From Guillardia theta CCMP2712 (lineage: Eukaryota > Protista > Cryptophyta): DNA of 64,000 nucleotides. A program made the position numbers and the translations under genes. The stretch spans positions 19,566-83,565 of the forward strand of contig NW_005434518.1 of assembly GCF_000315625.1 (NCBI RefSeq), given 5' to 3'. This document shows, in pieces, positions 36,017-48,048 of the stretch (positions are counted from its first letter, which is position 1; each line of letters begins with the position of its first letter). A model generated the notes under the pieces. The model saw nothing but the letters and a program-made list of their open reading frames with translations, had not been told where the DNA came from and made no database searches.

Positions 36017-37441
36017 CTACACCCCCACCCTCCCCAGCAGCTTCACGATGTGCTCGGACGCTTGCCTCCGCACAGCCTTTACTTGCTCCTCACCGCCAAC
36101 GAGCCATCGGTCCCTTGGCAAGATGCGGCTGTAGTTGTCCGAGATGGTGCTCGCAAGCATCGCATAGCCAAGCATCAACTCCCTGCTCACCTTGTGCATC
36201 GCCTTCCGGCGCCTCCGGGTAAGAATGGTGAGACCGCTGTTGGACATGTCGGCCAGAAGGTGTGGGGCGTAGTCGAGGCGAGGACGCACACAAAGCTTGA
36301 CTCTGGCAGCAAAATTCTCGTAAGACACGCTGGTGTGATTGCAGAGTCTGATGAAATCCAGAAAGCTAAGGAAGACATCAACATGCAGGGAAGTGCGGCG
36401 GAGACTGGGCCTCAGGTCCCCGACGGCGTCTCGGAGGATGAGGGAGAACATGGCCGAGAAGGGCACGTCGTCGTCGGGCAGCAACTGCAGCATGTCTGCA
36501 AGCACCCCGGTGCTCAGCCCCACCCCTTCTGCCTCCCACAGGCCCAGGAACTCCGCCCTCCGAAACAGCTCCCTCCATGGGCACTGGCAACCGTTTTGGA
36601 CGGCCTCCCTGAAGCCCCTCTCTGCAATGAGGTCGAGCATCTGGCGCATCATGTCCTGGTACTCGGCGCTTGCCCACGAGAACAGCCTCATGTACTTGGG
36701 CACTAGCACCTTCCTCCTGTACAAGTGCATGCGCAGCTCCTCCTCGCCGGTCAAGACAAGGGCCGGGCAGGCCAAGAACGCTCCTTTGTCCTGGATGACG
36801 TCGGCAAGGACGCGGTCTGCGAGGTAGTCGGCAGCCTCATCTCGGATAGAGGCAAGCTGCTCATCATCCATGTCCAGGTCAAGCAGGTGGTACCACCAAC
36901 CCCTGTCCTCGCTGGCTGACCTGTAGATGTAGTAGCACAACACCAGGGCAGGGAAGACGGCGTTGAGGCCGTCGAGCTGAAGGTCGTTGAGCATGGACAG
37001 GCCGGTGCTCCTGCACCGTCGGCGCATCACAACGATAGGAGCTTCTTCCTGCATATACTCGCTCGCTAGGCATCCAACCAGCACGGCCGCGCACGCCACG
37101 ATGGGCGGAATGAGGTCCTGAGGGACGATGGGAGCGAGCATAGCGGACAGCTCAGAGACTAAGATGGAGGAGTTCGTGTCATAGCAGCTGTTGTCGTTGT
37201 TGATCGAAAGCATCATGCTAAAGTACAGGTGGTAGCGTGTTTCCTCCACGTCCTCTATCGCCCTCGCCTCCCCATTGCGCATCCCACTGGAGACCATGGT
37301 GTAACAGCCCCTCACGGAAGACAAGATGAGCCTGCCAGCGAGGGACTTGATCCTACAGCTGGCTCCTTGCAAGCTGCGCATGTGCTTGTCCATGACGCAC
37401 ATGATGAACTCTTGTTCGTTCCTGAACTTCGTCACGGGCAT
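36017..37441 (-). CDS. Intronless orphan protein, 474 aa, array copy 1
   Basis: Long ORF with globular composition, AAAAATG start context, AATAAA ~55 nt after the stop (35958-35963). Confidence 0.8.
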   Translation of the reverse strand: MPVTKFRNEQEFIMCVMDKHMRSLQGASCRIKSLAGRLILSSVRGCYTMVSSGMRNGEARAIEDVEETRYHLYFSMMLSINNDNSCYDTNSSILVSELSAMLAPIVPQDLIPPIVACAAVLVGCLASEYMQEEAPIVVMRRRCRSTGLSMLNDLQLDGLNAVFPALVLCYYIYRSASEDRGWWYHLLDLDMDDEQLASIRDEAADYLADRVLADVIQDKGAFLACPALVLTGEEELRMHLYRRKVLVPKYMRLFSWASAEYQDMMRQMLDLIAERGFREAVQNGCQCPWRELFRRAEFLGLWEAEGVGLSTGVLADMLQLLPDDDVPFSAMFSLILRDAVGDLRPSLRRTSLHVDVFLSFLDFIRLCNHTSVSYENFAARVKLCVRPRLDYAPHLLADMSNSGLTILTRRRRKAMHKVSRELMLGYAMLASTISDNYSRILPRDRWLVGGEEQVKAVRRQASEHIVKLLGRVGV

Positions 37442-38674
37442 TTTTGTTTGCCCACCGCCCCGACCGCCATCTTATGAAGGCCTCTCGGACCCACCCACCT
37501 CCAATTCCCACAAACAAGGCTCGAGTCAGGGGTACAGGGGTACAGGGGTCCTGCGCCTCCCACAAACCATGGAGAAACATGGCTGGGGAGCAAGATAGTC
37601 AGATGAGATTGAAGATGTTTGATATCAGATGGTTTAACTTACATGCTTGTCTAAGTTTTCATTGCTCATATCTAACGACTGAGTATTTCAACACATGCTT
37701 ACTTCACATACAGACGATTATCAAGTGAAATGGGTATGTAATGAAAGATTTACACGTCTTGTTGTCCATCTTTCTTAGTTATTGCCTCCGTCGTTAGATC
37801 ATAGAATTGAGGACGTTTATGTTGTGGGTTAGTATTCATGCACCTCAGATCACTTGTGATGTTTCATTAAGACCTCACGATAACATGTTTCAAAAATAAT
37901 TTCAAACTCAAAAATAACATGAATCTTCGCAGCGGGAAATGACTGCACACTCCCAGACCCAACGCGAGAAAGTGCAGGGCCCCTGAGCCCTGCTCCATGG
38001 CTAAGAAGAGAGGAACAGGAAAGGCAGGAGCAGGACGTGGCAAGCATCGCTCTCCTTGCTTCAATCTCCCTCGACCAGCTCGTCGAGCGCAGCCATAGCT
38101 CTTTTCCAGTACAGACCAGGTGCTGCTTGCCCCAAGGTAGCTACCGTATCCTTCTCTCGTTCGATGACCTCCTGCTCAGGGCCTTGAGTATGCTCAACCT
38201 CTCCCCGCAAGTATCCTCACCTTTAGCGTCCTCCTCAGCCTGGAAGAGTGCGGGCAGTAGACTGTCTCCTCCTCCTGCTGATCAAGGCCATTGTGCCTGA
38301 AGTCTATGTCTGTGGACGTACCAACTTGAGGGCATACGAGTGACTTGATGAGAGGAGTTGAAGNNNNNNNNNNNNNNNNNNNNNNNNNNNNNNNNNNNNN
38401 NNNNNNNNNNNNNNNNNNNNNNNNNNNNNNNNNNNNNNNNNNNNNNNNNNNNNNNNNNNNNNNATACGCAGATGTGAAAAGACACCTACAAAGGTGCCAG
38501 CAAGATAAAAACAACCACAAGGACTTGCTTTTGATGAAGCAGGAGAATTGAAATCGAAAGATCAATAAAAGGGAAAGTGCAATGCAAAGAGGAAAGTCAA
38601 AACTTCGTGAGTATACTTATTGTCGTTATCGACTCAGACAAAGAAAACTCCGATTCACAGGCCTTCTTGCTCAT

Positions 38675-40099
38675 CTACACCCCCACCCTCCCCAGCAGCT
38701 TCACGATGTGCTCGGACGCTTGCCTCCGCACAGCCTTTACTTGCTCCTCACCGCCAACGAGCCATCGGTCCCTTGGCAAGATGCGGCTGTAGTTGTCCGA
38801 GATGGTGCTCGCAAGCATCGCATAGCTAAGCATCAACTCCCTGCTCACCTTGTGCATCGCCTTCCGGCGCCTCCGGGTAAGAATGGTGAGACCGCTGTTG
38901 GACATGTCGGCCAGAAGGTGTGGGGCGTAGTCGAGGCGAGGACGCACACAAAGCTTGACTCTGGCAGCAAAATTCTCGTAAGACACGCTGGTGTGATTGC
39001 AGAGTCTGATGAAATCCAGAAAGCTAAGGAAGACATCAACATGCAGGGAAGTGCGGCGGAGACTGGGCCTCAGGTCCCCGACGGCGTCTCGGAGGATGAG
39101 GGAGAACATGGCCGAGAAGGGCACGTCGTCGTCGGGCAGCAACTGCAGCATGTCTGCAAGCACCCCGGTGCTCAGCCCCACCCCTTCTGCCTCCCACAGG
39201 CCCAGGAACTCCGCCCTCCGAAACAGCTCCCTCCATGGGCACTGGCAACCGTTTTGGACGGCCTCCCTGAAGCCCCTCTCTGCAATGAGGTCGAGCATCT
39301 GGCGCATCATGTCCTGGTACTCGGCGCTTGCCCACGAGAACAGCCTCATGTACTTGGGCACTAGCACCTTCCTCCTGTACAAGTGCATGCGCAGCTCCTC
39401 CTCGCCGGTCAAGACAAGGGCCGGGCAGGCCAAGAACGCTCCTTTGTCCTGGATGACGTCGGCAAGGACGCGGTCTGCGAGGTAGTCGGCAGCCTCATCT
39501 CGGATAGAGGCAAGCTGCTCATCATCCATGTCCAGGTCAAGCAGGTGGTACCACCAACCCCTGTCCTCGCTGGCTGACCTGTAGATGTAGTAGCACAACA
39601 CCAGGGCAGGGAAGACGGCGTTGAGGCCGTCGAGCTGAAGGTCGTTGAGCATGGACAGGCCGGTGCTCCTGCACCGTCGGCGCATCACAACGATAGGAGC
39701 TTCTTCCTGCATATACTCGCTCGCTAGGCATCCAACCAGCACGGCCGCGCACGCCACGATGGGCGGAATGAGGTCCTGAGGGACGATGGGAGCGAGCATA
39801 GCGGACAGCTCAGAGACTAAGATGGAGGAGTTCGTGTCATAGCAGCTGTTGTCGTTGTTAATCGAAAGCATCATGCTAAAGTACAGGTGGTAGCGTGTTT
39901 CCTCCACGTCCTCTATCGCCCTCGCCTCCCCATTGCGCATCCCACTGGAGACCATGGTGTAACAGCCCCTCACGGAAGACAAGATGAGCCTGCCCGCGAG
40001 AGACTTGATCCTACAGCTGGCTCCTTGCAAGCTGCGCATGTGCTTGTCCATGACGCACATGATGAACTCTTGTTCGTTCCTGAACTTCGTCACGGGCAT
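38675..40099 (-). CDS. Intronless orphan protein, 474 aa, copy 2 (one G>S change)
   Basis: Same ORF as copy 1. Confidence 0.8.
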   Translation of the reverse strand: MPVTKFRNEQEFIMCVMDKHMRSLQGASCRIKSLAGRLILSSVRGCYTMVSSGMRNGEARAIEDVEETRYHLYFSMMLSINNDNSCYDTNSSILVSELSAMLAPIVPQDLIPPIVACAAVLVGCLASEYMQEEAPIVVMRRRCRSTGLSMLNDLQLDGLNAVFPALVLCYYIYRSASEDRGWWYHLLDLDMDDEQLASIRDEAADYLADRVLADVIQDKGAFLACPALVLTGEEELRMHLYRRKVLVPKYMRLFSWASAEYQDMMRQMLDLIAERGFREAVQNGCQCPWRELFRRAEFLGLWEAEGVGLSTGVLADMLQLLPDDDVPFSAMFSLILRDAVGDLRPSLRRTSLHVDVFLSFLDFIRLCNHTSVSYENFAARVKLCVRPRLDYAPHLLADMSNSGLTILTRRRRKAMHKVSRELMLSYAMLASTISDNYSRILPRDRWLVGGEEQVKAVRRQASEHIVKLLGRVGV

Positions 40100-40344
40100 T
40101 TTTGTTTGCCCCCCACCCGACCGCCATCTTAAGAAGGCCTCTCGGACCCACCCACCTCCAATTCCCACAAACAAGGGTCGAGTCAGGGGTACAGGGGTAC
40201 AGGGGTCCTGCGCCTCCCACAAACCATCGAGAACATGGCTGGGGAGCAAGATAGTCAGATGAGATTGAAGATGTTTGATATCAGATGGTTTAACTTACAT
40301 GCTTGTCTAAGTTTTCATTGCTCATATCTAACGACTGAGTATTT

Positions 40345-40500
40345 CAACACATGCTTACTTCACATACAGACGATTATCAAGTGAAATGAGTATGTAATGA
40401 AAGATTTACACGTCTTGTTGTCCAACACATGCTTACTTCACATACAGACGATTATCAAGTGAAATGGGTATGTAATGAAAGATTTACACGTCTTGTTGTC
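40345..40500. repeat. 78-bp internal tandem duplication upstream of the 474-aa gene (double in units 2 and 3, single in unit 1)
   Basis: CAACACATGCTTACTTCAC... at 40345 and 40423. Confidence 0.9.
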
Positions 40501-40794
40501 CATCTTTCTTAGTTATTGCATCCATCGTTAGATCATGGAATTGAGGACGTATATGTTGTGGGTCAGTATTCATGCACCTCAGATCACTTGTGATGTTTCA
40601 TTAAGACCTCACGATAACATGTTTCAAAAATAATTTCAAACTCAAAAATAACATGAATCTTCGCAGCGGGAAATGACTGCACACTCCCAGACCCAACGCG
40701 AGAAAGTGCAGGGCCCCTGAGCCCTGCTCCATGGCTAAGAAGAGAGGAACAGGAGAGGCAGGAGCAGGACGTGGCGAGCATCGCTCTCCTTGCT

Positions 40795-41030
40795 TCAATC
40801 TCCCTCGACCAACTCGTCGAGCGCAGCCATAGCTCTTTTCCAGTACAGACCAGGTGCTGCCTGCCCTAAGGTAGCTACCGTGTCCTTCTCTCGTTCGATG
40901 ACCTCCTGCTCAGGGCCTTGAGTATGCTCAACCTCTCCCCGCAAGTATCCTCACCTTTAGCGTCCTCCTCAGCCTGGAAGAGTGCGGGCAGTAGACTGTC
41001 TCCTCCTCCTGCTGATCAAGGCCATTGTGC
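40795..41030 (-). pseudogene. Two orphaned terminal exons carried in each repeat unit, probably from the right-hand neighbour gene
   Basis: Exon 41030-40955, GTGAG..CAG intron 40954-40906, exon 40905-40795 ending in TGA: HNGLDQQEEE..RTLK|EVIEREKD..ELVEGD*. Confidence 0.55.
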
Positions 41031-41400
41031 CTGAAGTCTATGTCTGTGGACGTACCAACTTGCCTTGAAGGATCACCTTTGACATGATGAGAGGAGTTGA
41101 AGACGTTGGAGTAGATCGAATGATCAGTGTTCAACAACACCAGCCAGGAAACAGCATCTGGTCCGTGCATGTAAAGTCATAGAAATTGATACGCAGATGT
41201 GAAAAGACACCTACAAAGGTGCCAGCAAGATAAAAACAACCACAAGGACTTGCTTTTGATGAAGCAGGAGAATTGAAATCGAAAGATCAATAAAAGGGAA
41301 AGTGCAATGCAAAGAGGAAAGTCAAAACTTCGTGAGTATACTTTATTGTCGTAATCGACTCAGACAAAGAAAACTCCGATCCACAGGCCTTCTTGCTCAT

Positions 41401-42825
41401 CTACACCCCCACCCTCCCCAGCAGCTTCACGATGTGCTCGGACGCTTGCCTCCGCACAGCCTTTACTTGCTCCTCACCGCCAACGAGCCATCGGTCCCTT
41501 GGCAAGATGCGGCTGTAGTTGTCCGAGATGGTGCTCGCAAGCATCGCATAGCCAAGCATCAACTCCCTGCTCACCTTGTGCATCGCCTTCCGGCGCCTCC
41601 GGGTAAGAATGGTGAGACCGCTGTTGGACATGTCGGCCAGAAGGTGTGGGGCGTAGTCGAGGCGAGGACGCACACAAAGCTTGACTCTGGCAGCAAAATT
41701 CTCGTAAGACACGCTGGTGTGATTGCAGAGTCTGATGAAATCCAGAAAGCTAAGGAAGACATCAACATGCAGGGAAGTGCGGCGGAGACTGGGCCTCAGG
41801 TCCCCGACGGCGTCTCGGAGGATGAGGGAGAACATGGCCGAGAAGGGCACGTCGTCGTCGGGCAGCAACTGCAGCATGTCTGCAAGCACCCCGGTGCTCA
41901 GCCCCACCCCTTCTGCCTCCCACAGGCCCAGGAACTCCGCCCTCCGAAACAGCTCCCTCCATGGGCACTGGCAACCGTTTTGGACGGCCTCCCTGAAGCC
42001 CCTCTCTGCAATGAGGTCGAGCATCTGGCGCATCATGTCCTGGTACTCGGCGCTTGCCCACGAGAACAGCCTCATGTACTTGGGCACTAGCACCTTCCTC
42101 CTGTACAAGTGCATGCGCAGCTCCTCCTCGCCGGTCAAGACAAGGGCCGGGCAGGCCAAGAACGCTCCTTTGTCCTGGATGACGTCGGCAAGGACGCGGT
42201 CTGCGAGGTAGTCGGCAGCCTCATCTCGGATAGAGGCAAGCTGCTCATCATCCATGTCCAGGTCAAGCAGGTGGTACCACCAACCCCTGTCCTCGCTGGC
42301 TGACCTGTAGATGTAGTAGCACAACACCAGGGCAGGGAAGACGGCGTTGAGGCCGTCGAGCTGAAGGTCGTTGAGCATGGACAGGCCGGTGCTCCTGCAC
42401 CGTCGGCGCATCACAACGATAGGAGCTTCTTCCTGCATATACTCGCTCGCTAGGCATCCAACCAGCACGGCCGCGCACGCCACGATGGGCGGAATGAGGT
42501 CCTGAGGGACGATGGGAGCGAGCATAGCGGACAGCTCAGAGACTAAGATGGAGGAGTTCGTGTCATAGCAGCTGTTGTCGTTGTTGATCGAAAGCATCAT
42601 GCTAAAGTACAGGTGGTAGCGTGTTTCCTCCACGTCCTCTATCGCCCTCGCCTCCCCATTGCGCATCCCACTGGAGACCATGGTGTAACAGCCCCTCACG
42701 GAAGACAAGATGAGCCTGCCAGCGAGGGACTTGATCCTACAGCTGGCTCCTTGCAAGCTGCGCATGTGCTTGTCCATGACGCACATGATGAACTCTTGTT
42801 CGTTCCTGAACTTCGTCACGGGCAT
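41401..42825 (-). CDS. Intronless orphan protein, 474 aa, copy 3
   Basis: Protein identical to copy 1. Confidence 0.8.
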   Translation of the reverse strand: MPVTKFRNEQEFIMCVMDKHMRSLQGASCRIKSLAGRLILSSVRGCYTMVSSGMRNGEARAIEDVEETRYHLYFSMMLSINNDNSCYDTNSSILVSELSAMLAPIVPQDLIPPIVACAAVLVGCLASEYMQEEAPIVVMRRRCRSTGLSMLNDLQLDGLNAVFPALVLCYYIYRSASEDRGWWYHLLDLDMDDEQLASIRDEAADYLADRVLADVIQDKGAFLACPALVLTGEEELRMHLYRRKVLVPKYMRLFSWASAEYQDMMRQMLDLIAERGFREAVQNGCQCPWRELFRRAEFLGLWEAEGVGLSTGVLADMLQLLPDDDVPFSAMFSLILRDAVGDLRPSLRRTSLHVDVFLSFLDFIRLCNHTSVSYENFAARVKLCVRPRLDYAPHLLADMSNSGLTILTRRRRKAMHKVSRELMLGYAMLASTISDNYSRILPRDRWLVGGEEQVKAVRRQASEHIVKLLGRVGV

Positions 42826-44127
42826 TTTTGTTTGCCCACCGCCCCGACCGCCATCTTAAGAAGGCCTCTCGGACCCACCCACCTCCAATTCCCACAAACA
42901 AGGGTCGAGTCAGGGGTACAGGGGTACAGGGGTCCTGCGCCTCCCACAAACCATCGAGAACATGGCTGGGGAGCAAGATAGTCAGATGAGATTGAAGATG
43001 TTTGATATCAGATGGTTTAACTTACATGCTTGTCTAAGTTTTCATTGCTCATCTCTAACGACTGAGTATTTCAACACATGCTTACTTCACATACAGACGA
43101 TTATCAAGTGAAATGGGTATGTAATGAAAGATTTACACGTCTTGTTGTCCAACACATGCTTACTTCACATACAGACGATTATCAAGTGAAATGGGTATGT
43201 AATGAAAGATTTACACGTCGTATTGTCCATCTTTCTTAGTTATTGCCTCCATCGTTAGATCATGGAATTGAGGGCGTATATGTTGTGGGTCAGTATTCAT
43301 GCACCTCAGAAAGCTTGTGATGTTTCATTAAGACCTCACGATAACATGTTTCAAAAATAATTTCAAACTCAAAAATAACATGAATCTTCGCAGCGGGAAA
43401 TGACTGCACACTCCCAGACCCAACGCGAGAAAGTGCAGGGCCCCTGAGCCCTGCTCCATGGCTAAGAAGAGAGGAACAGGAGAGGCAGGAGCAGGACGTG
43501 GCGAGCATCGCTCTCCTTGCTTCAATCTCCCTCGACCAACTCGTCGAGCGCAGCCATAGCTCTTTTCCAGTACAGACCAGGTGCTGCCTGCCCTAAGGTA
43601 GCTACCGTGTCCTTCTCTCGTTCGATGACCTCCTGCTCAGGGCCTTGAGTATGCTCAACCTCTCCCCGCAAGTATCCTCACCTTTAGCGTCCTCCTCAGC
43701 CTGGAAGAGTGCGGGCAGTAGACTGTCTCCTCCTCCTGCTGATCAAGGCCATTGTGCCTGAAGTCTATGTCTGTGGACGTACCAACTTGCCTTGAAGGAT
43801 CACCTTTGACATGATGAGAGGAGTTGAAGACGTTGGAGTAGATCGAATGATCAGTGTTCAACAACACCAGCCAGGAAACAGCATCTGGTCCGTGCATGTA
43901 AAGTCATAGAAATTGATACGCAGATGTGAAAAGACACCTACAAAGGTGCCAGCAAGATAAAAACAACCACAAGGACTTGCTTTTGATGAAGCAGGAGAAT
44001 TGAAATCGAAAGATCAATAAAAGGGAAAGTGCAATGCAAAGAGGAAAGTCAAAACTTCGTGAGTATACTTTATTGTCGTAATCGACTCAGACAAAGAAAA
44101 CTCCGATCCACAGGCCTTCTTGCTCAT

Positions 44128-45332
44128 CTACACCCCCACCCTCCCCAGCAGCTTCACGATGTGCTCGGACGCTTGCCTCCGCACAGCCTTTACTTGCTCC
44201 TCACCGCCAACGAGCCATCGGTCCCTTGGCAAGATGCGGCTGTAGTTGTCCGAGATGGTGCTCGCAAGCATCGCATAGCCAAGCATCAACTCCCTGCTCA
44301 CCTTGTGCATCGCCTTCCGGCGCCTCCGGGTAAGAATGGTGAGACCGCTGTTGGACATGTCGGCCAGAAGGTGTGGGGCGTAGTCGAGGCGAGGACGCAC
44401 ACAAAGCTTGACTCTGGCAGCAAAATTCTCGTAAGACACGCTGGTGTGATTGCAGAGTCTGATGAAATCCAGAAAGCTAAGGAAGACATCAACATGCAGG
44501 GAAGTGCGGCGGAGACTGGGCCTCAGGTCCCCGACGGCGTCTCGGAGGATGAGGGAGAACATGGCCGAGAAGGGCACGTCGTCGTCGGGCAGCAACTGCA
44601 GCATGTCTGCAAGCACCCCGGTGCTCAGCCCCACCCCTTCTGCCTCCCACAGGCCCAGGAACTCCGCCCTCCGAAACAGCTCCCTCCATGGGCACTGGCA
44701 ACCGTTTTGGACGGCCTCCCTGAAGCCCCTCTCTGCAATGAGGTCGAGCATCTGGCGCATCATGTCCTGGTACTCGGCGCTTGCCCACGAGAACAGCCTC
44801 ATGTACTTGGGCACTAGCACCTTCCTCCTGTACAAGTGCATGCGCAGCTCCTCCTCGCCGGTCAAGACAAGGGCCGGGCAGGCCAAGAACGCTCCTTTGT
44901 CCTGGATGACGTCGGCAAGGACGCGGTCTGCGAGGTAGTCGGCAGCCTCATCTCGGATAGAGGCAAGCTGCTCATCATCCATGTCCAGGTCAAGCAGGTG
45001 GTACCACCAACCCCTGTCCTCGCTGGCTGACCTGTAGATGTAGTAGCACAACACCAGGGCAGGGAAGACGGCGTTGAGGCCGTCGAGCTGAAGGTCGTTG
45101 AGCATGGACAGGCCGGTGCTCCTGCACCGTCGGCGCATCACAACGATAGGAGCTTCTTCCTGCATATACTCGCTCGCTAGGCATCCAACCAGCACGGCCG
45201 CGCACGCCACGATGGGCGGAATGAGGTCCTGAGGGACGATGGGAGCGAGCATAGCGGACAGCTCAGAGACTAAGATGGAGGAGTTCGTGTCATACGCAGC
45301 TGTTGTCGTTGTTGATCGAAAGCATCATGCTA
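44128..45332 (-). CDS. Intronless orphan protein, copy 4 (5' end lies in the assembly gap)
   Basis: Same sequence up to the gap at 45333. Confidence 0.7.
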
Positions 45333-45432
45333 NNNNNNNNNNNNNNNNNNNNNNNNNNNNNNNNNNNNNNNNNNNNNNNNNNNNNNNNNNNNNNNNNNNN
45401 NNNNNNNNNNNNNNNNNNNNNNNNNNNNNNNN
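45333..45432. other. Assembly gap (other gaps: 3093-3204, 38364-38463, 55595-55694, 61084-61464)
   Basis: Runs of N. Confidence 1.
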
Positions 45433-45475
45433 GGAACTAATTAGGAGGGGAGGTGGGAAAGGCAGTCTGGTAAAC

Positions 45476-48048
45476 CTGATTTTGTCTTGGATGTCACGGC
45501 GGCGCGTGACTTGATAGTCATCAAAGAGGGCCTTCGGTGACTGTGAGGCAGAGAAGCAGGCGAAGGGAGGAGGAGAGGAGGAGGAGAGGAGAGGAGAGGA
45601 GAGGAGAGGAGAGGAGAGGAGAGGAGAGGAGAGGAGAGGAGAGGAGAGGAGAGGAGAGGAGGAGAAAAAGGGGGAAGGACGGTGATGGCGCCTGTTGCTC
45701 TATCTTCTGTCTACCTTGGTGGATCGTCGAAGAGCAGACATTCGTTCCCTGGCCTCGTCCAGCGTCTACAACAGTCACATCCTGTGGGAGAAGAGAGGCA
45801 GGGTAGGAACCTGAAGCTTCTCCTTGGAAAAGTCAAAGTCTTCGTCTCCTAGGAATTTTCCTCGTCCCACTTGGCCGTCAAGATCTGTGCTGTCGACGTA
45901 GGAAGACCACACATGCCCTGGTTTGCAATCTGCTAGAAAGAATGACAAAGTTAGAGGAGAGGAGGAGAGGAGGAAGCGGGAGAGGACAGAGAGGGAGTGG
46001 AGAGAGAGTGAAGAGGATATGGAAGAGCGATGAGAGCTGCGCACCGGCTGACAGCCTTGTAGTCGAGTCGGTGAATTGTCTGACTCCGCTAGAATTGCTG
46101 GAAGAGGCAAGGGGAAGAGGAGAACAACAAGGAAGAGAGCAACAGAGACGATCGAGGTTCGAGGCAGACAAAGAAGGGGAGGAGGGAGAAGGCGGGGAGA
46201 GGTCAGACTCATTCTTCACCATCCCCACATTTCAACTCACAAGGGGGATTTCTCAGGTGACTTCTTGCTGCTCCGAGGAGGCGTTGCCCGGGATGGACTC
46301 TTTCCGTTGCTGTGCTTCTGCATCTTCCGCTTACCGACGTGCTTCACTGAGGACGCGGAAAGTTACCTGGCGCCGGCGGGCAATGCCTGACAAACCCTCT
46401 GGGGAGTAGGAGGGATCCTCCTGGGTGAGGGTAACATGACATCATGGCAGGGAGAGATCGGAAAGCGGAGGAGACGGCAGGAAAGCAAGGAGACAGCGAA
46501 GAGTCTTAGAGGGGAGGATGATGGGGGGATACGGAGGCTCGGAGATCAGTGGGAGGGGGGAGGGTATGAGATGATGTATGGAGGATTGGTACCTTATTCA
46601 AGGGTACGGGCAAGGGATCGTCCTTAGCAAGAGGAGTCTGCGGTGAGAGTCAAACGAGTTGAACGAGGATAGAGTCGTGATAAGCAGAATGAAGCGGAGA
46701 TGAGGGAGAAGCCGGGGTGAGGGGAAGAATCGAGTGAGAAGGGGTTCGAAGGTAACTTGAAGGAGCGAGAGGAGGGAGAGAGAGGAGGGAGAGGAGGGAG
46801 AGGAGGGAGAGGAGACTTGGAATTTAAGATGAAGATGCAAAAAGGTTTGACCTGCTTCCACCACGGCCAATTCGACGGTTCTCCTCTCTTCTTCCACTTC
46901 TGAAATAATAGGTCATTCTGTGAAAGGAATAGTAGAGGGTAGGGACGAGTGGGCAGGAGAGGACTGTATGAGGAAGAGAAGAGGCGGAAAGGAGAGAGGA
47001 ATAGCGGAAATGTGGACGATAGTCGGAGGGAACGAGGAACAGGGAAGGGGAGGTGTGGGAGGGCCAAATGCGGAGGAAGAGGGAGGAGGAGGGAAGGAGA
47101 AGGAATGGGGGAGGGTTGGAAGGGGGGGGGGGAGGTATCGGGTCAACCTCTGCCTGGGATTTCCTATATTGTTCCGTTGCCAAGGTGTTTCTCATGTAGC
47201 TCCTCGTACGAAGGTCCGGCGGCGACACGTCACCTATAGGCAAACTGCATGATGAGAAGGGAGGAGGAAGGGAGGAGGAAGGGAGGAGGAAGGGAGAGAG
47301 CCGGGGAGGAGGACTCAAAGCAGGAGGAGGTTGGAAAGCTGCAGCGAGGGAGGAAGGGGGAGAGGGAGGGGAGTGGAAAGAGGAGAAGAGTGGAGCCAAC
47401 GGCGTACTTTTCCATCTCTCGATGTTCGACTGCAGCGAACGGTCGACCTTCCCGTCTCTCTTGTGCGTCCTGTCAAGAGAGTGGCTCCTAACGTGCTGCG
47501 AACCCGATCTCAGACAAACAAGACGCAAGGCCTTCAGCATCAGAGCAGACAAGGTTGAGAAGGCAACAGAACCCTCCAAGACTAAGAAACGAGGGGGAGG
47601 AGGAGCTCTCCATGATTCACCTGGCGGCTGCTCCCATCGGCGGGACTTCGACCTCTCCTGCCAGGGGAAACACCAACCGACAGCTGCTGCTTCTTCTTCC
47701 CTATCAACCGCCGCCTCAATCCTCTTCCTCCACCCACCCTCTCGTAGTACCGGATTTCGAAGACTGGGGGGTCCTCGTCTTAGTCGAGAGCCTCTCCATC
47801 CACCCCTCTTCCTCCTCCAAGACGCTTCCCGACCCGCTGGTCTTCTCGTCCTCTCCTGTTGGGTAGATGCTGTGCTGTAACCCCCGGGGCCTCGACGACC
47901 CTCCCCGGGATCCTCCTATGAGAAAGGTGCAATGTGGGGCGCTGTCGGCAAGGTAACGTGCGAGCTGCTTCTTCCTCAGCGAGCTCTCGACTCTCGCCTT
48001 CATCTCATCGTACGCATGCTGCATCTCGGCAGGCTCAGCTCCTTTCAT
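45476..48048 (-). CDS. Multi-exon hypothetical protein; 3' end lies in the gap
   Basis: Coding-like exons bounded by GT/GC-AG and separated by pyrimidine-rich introns (e.g. MKGAEPAEMQHAYDEMKARVESSLRKK; NDLLFQKWKKRGEPSNWPWWKQ; CKPGHVWSSYVDSTD). Confidence 0.55.

Larger units (their letters stand above)
35669..45332. repeat. Tandem array of ~2.65-2.73-kb units (at least 4 copies, interrupted and terminated by N gaps)
   Basis: Unit junction TACCAACTTG at 35669, 38319, 41053 and 43780 (last period 2727 bp); near-identical copies. Confidence 0.97.

Noticed and set aside
35918-36827. 262-aa and 162-aa + strand ORFs in each 2.7-kb unit
   Set aside because: Antisense shadows of the 474-aa ORF
45290-45332. 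Frameshift making copy 4 a pseudogene
   Set aside because: A single extra base within ~40 nt of a contig end, probably a read error
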